Shown here: one piece after another, positions 4,741-4,813 of the stretch
Layout of the letters: each line of letters opens with the position of its first letter
Numbering within the stretch: the stretch's first letter is position 1
Source: a virus
Lineage: Duplodnaviria; Heunggongvirae; Uroviricota; Caudoviricetes
IMG/VR virus record: IMGVR_UViG_2534682294_000008
DNA: 4,813 bases
Direction: 5' to 3' (one strand)
The notes under the pieces: generated by a model
The model's input: the letters and a program-made list of their open reading frames with translations, nothing else
Database searches by the model: none
What the model was told of the DNA's origin: nothing
Translations under genes and position numbers: made by a program

Positions 4741-4813
4741 GCGTACAGCGAGGGCCGTATTGACGGGGATGTGTTATTCAGCTGGCAGTGCTATGCGCCA
4801 CGGAAGCAGTTCG

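Noticed and set aside
1-4813. CRISPR array, IS element or integrase/att site
   Set aside because: No regularly spaced direct repeats with unique spacers, no transposase- or integrase-like ORF, and no terminal inverted repeats delimiting an element within the window.

Overview
This 4.8-kb window reads as the immunity and early-regulatory region of a lambdoid prophage in an enterobacterial background. Well supported: a lambda-CI-like repressor gene (603-1241, +) with an HTH N-domain and a LexA/S24-type C-domain; a divergent Cro-like HTH gene (269-511, -) whose stop overlaps the start of a YdaT-family (CII-equivalent) gene running off the left edge (1-285, -); and a 91-bp control region between them with repeated GTTT...ATCAAAAC operator-like sites. 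Downstream of the repressor are genes I cannot assign to any family: a translationally coupled 77-aa/216-aa pair (1453-2336, +), a convergent 69-aa gene (2337-2546, -), a roughly 400-bp GC-rich, hairpin-dense non-coding island (about 2590-2960), two coupled 62-aa genes (3111-3484, +; the second with an N-terminal hydrophobic anchor) and a 387-aa acidic protein (3577-4740, +). No rRNA, tRNA, CRISPR array, transposase or integrase was found. The unassigned genes sit where lambdoid phages carry exclusion, defence or host-takeover morons (the rexAB / early-left slot), so they are the main candidates for something undescribed. Function cannot be assigned from sequence alone, and all family calls are from reading the translations, not from database searches.
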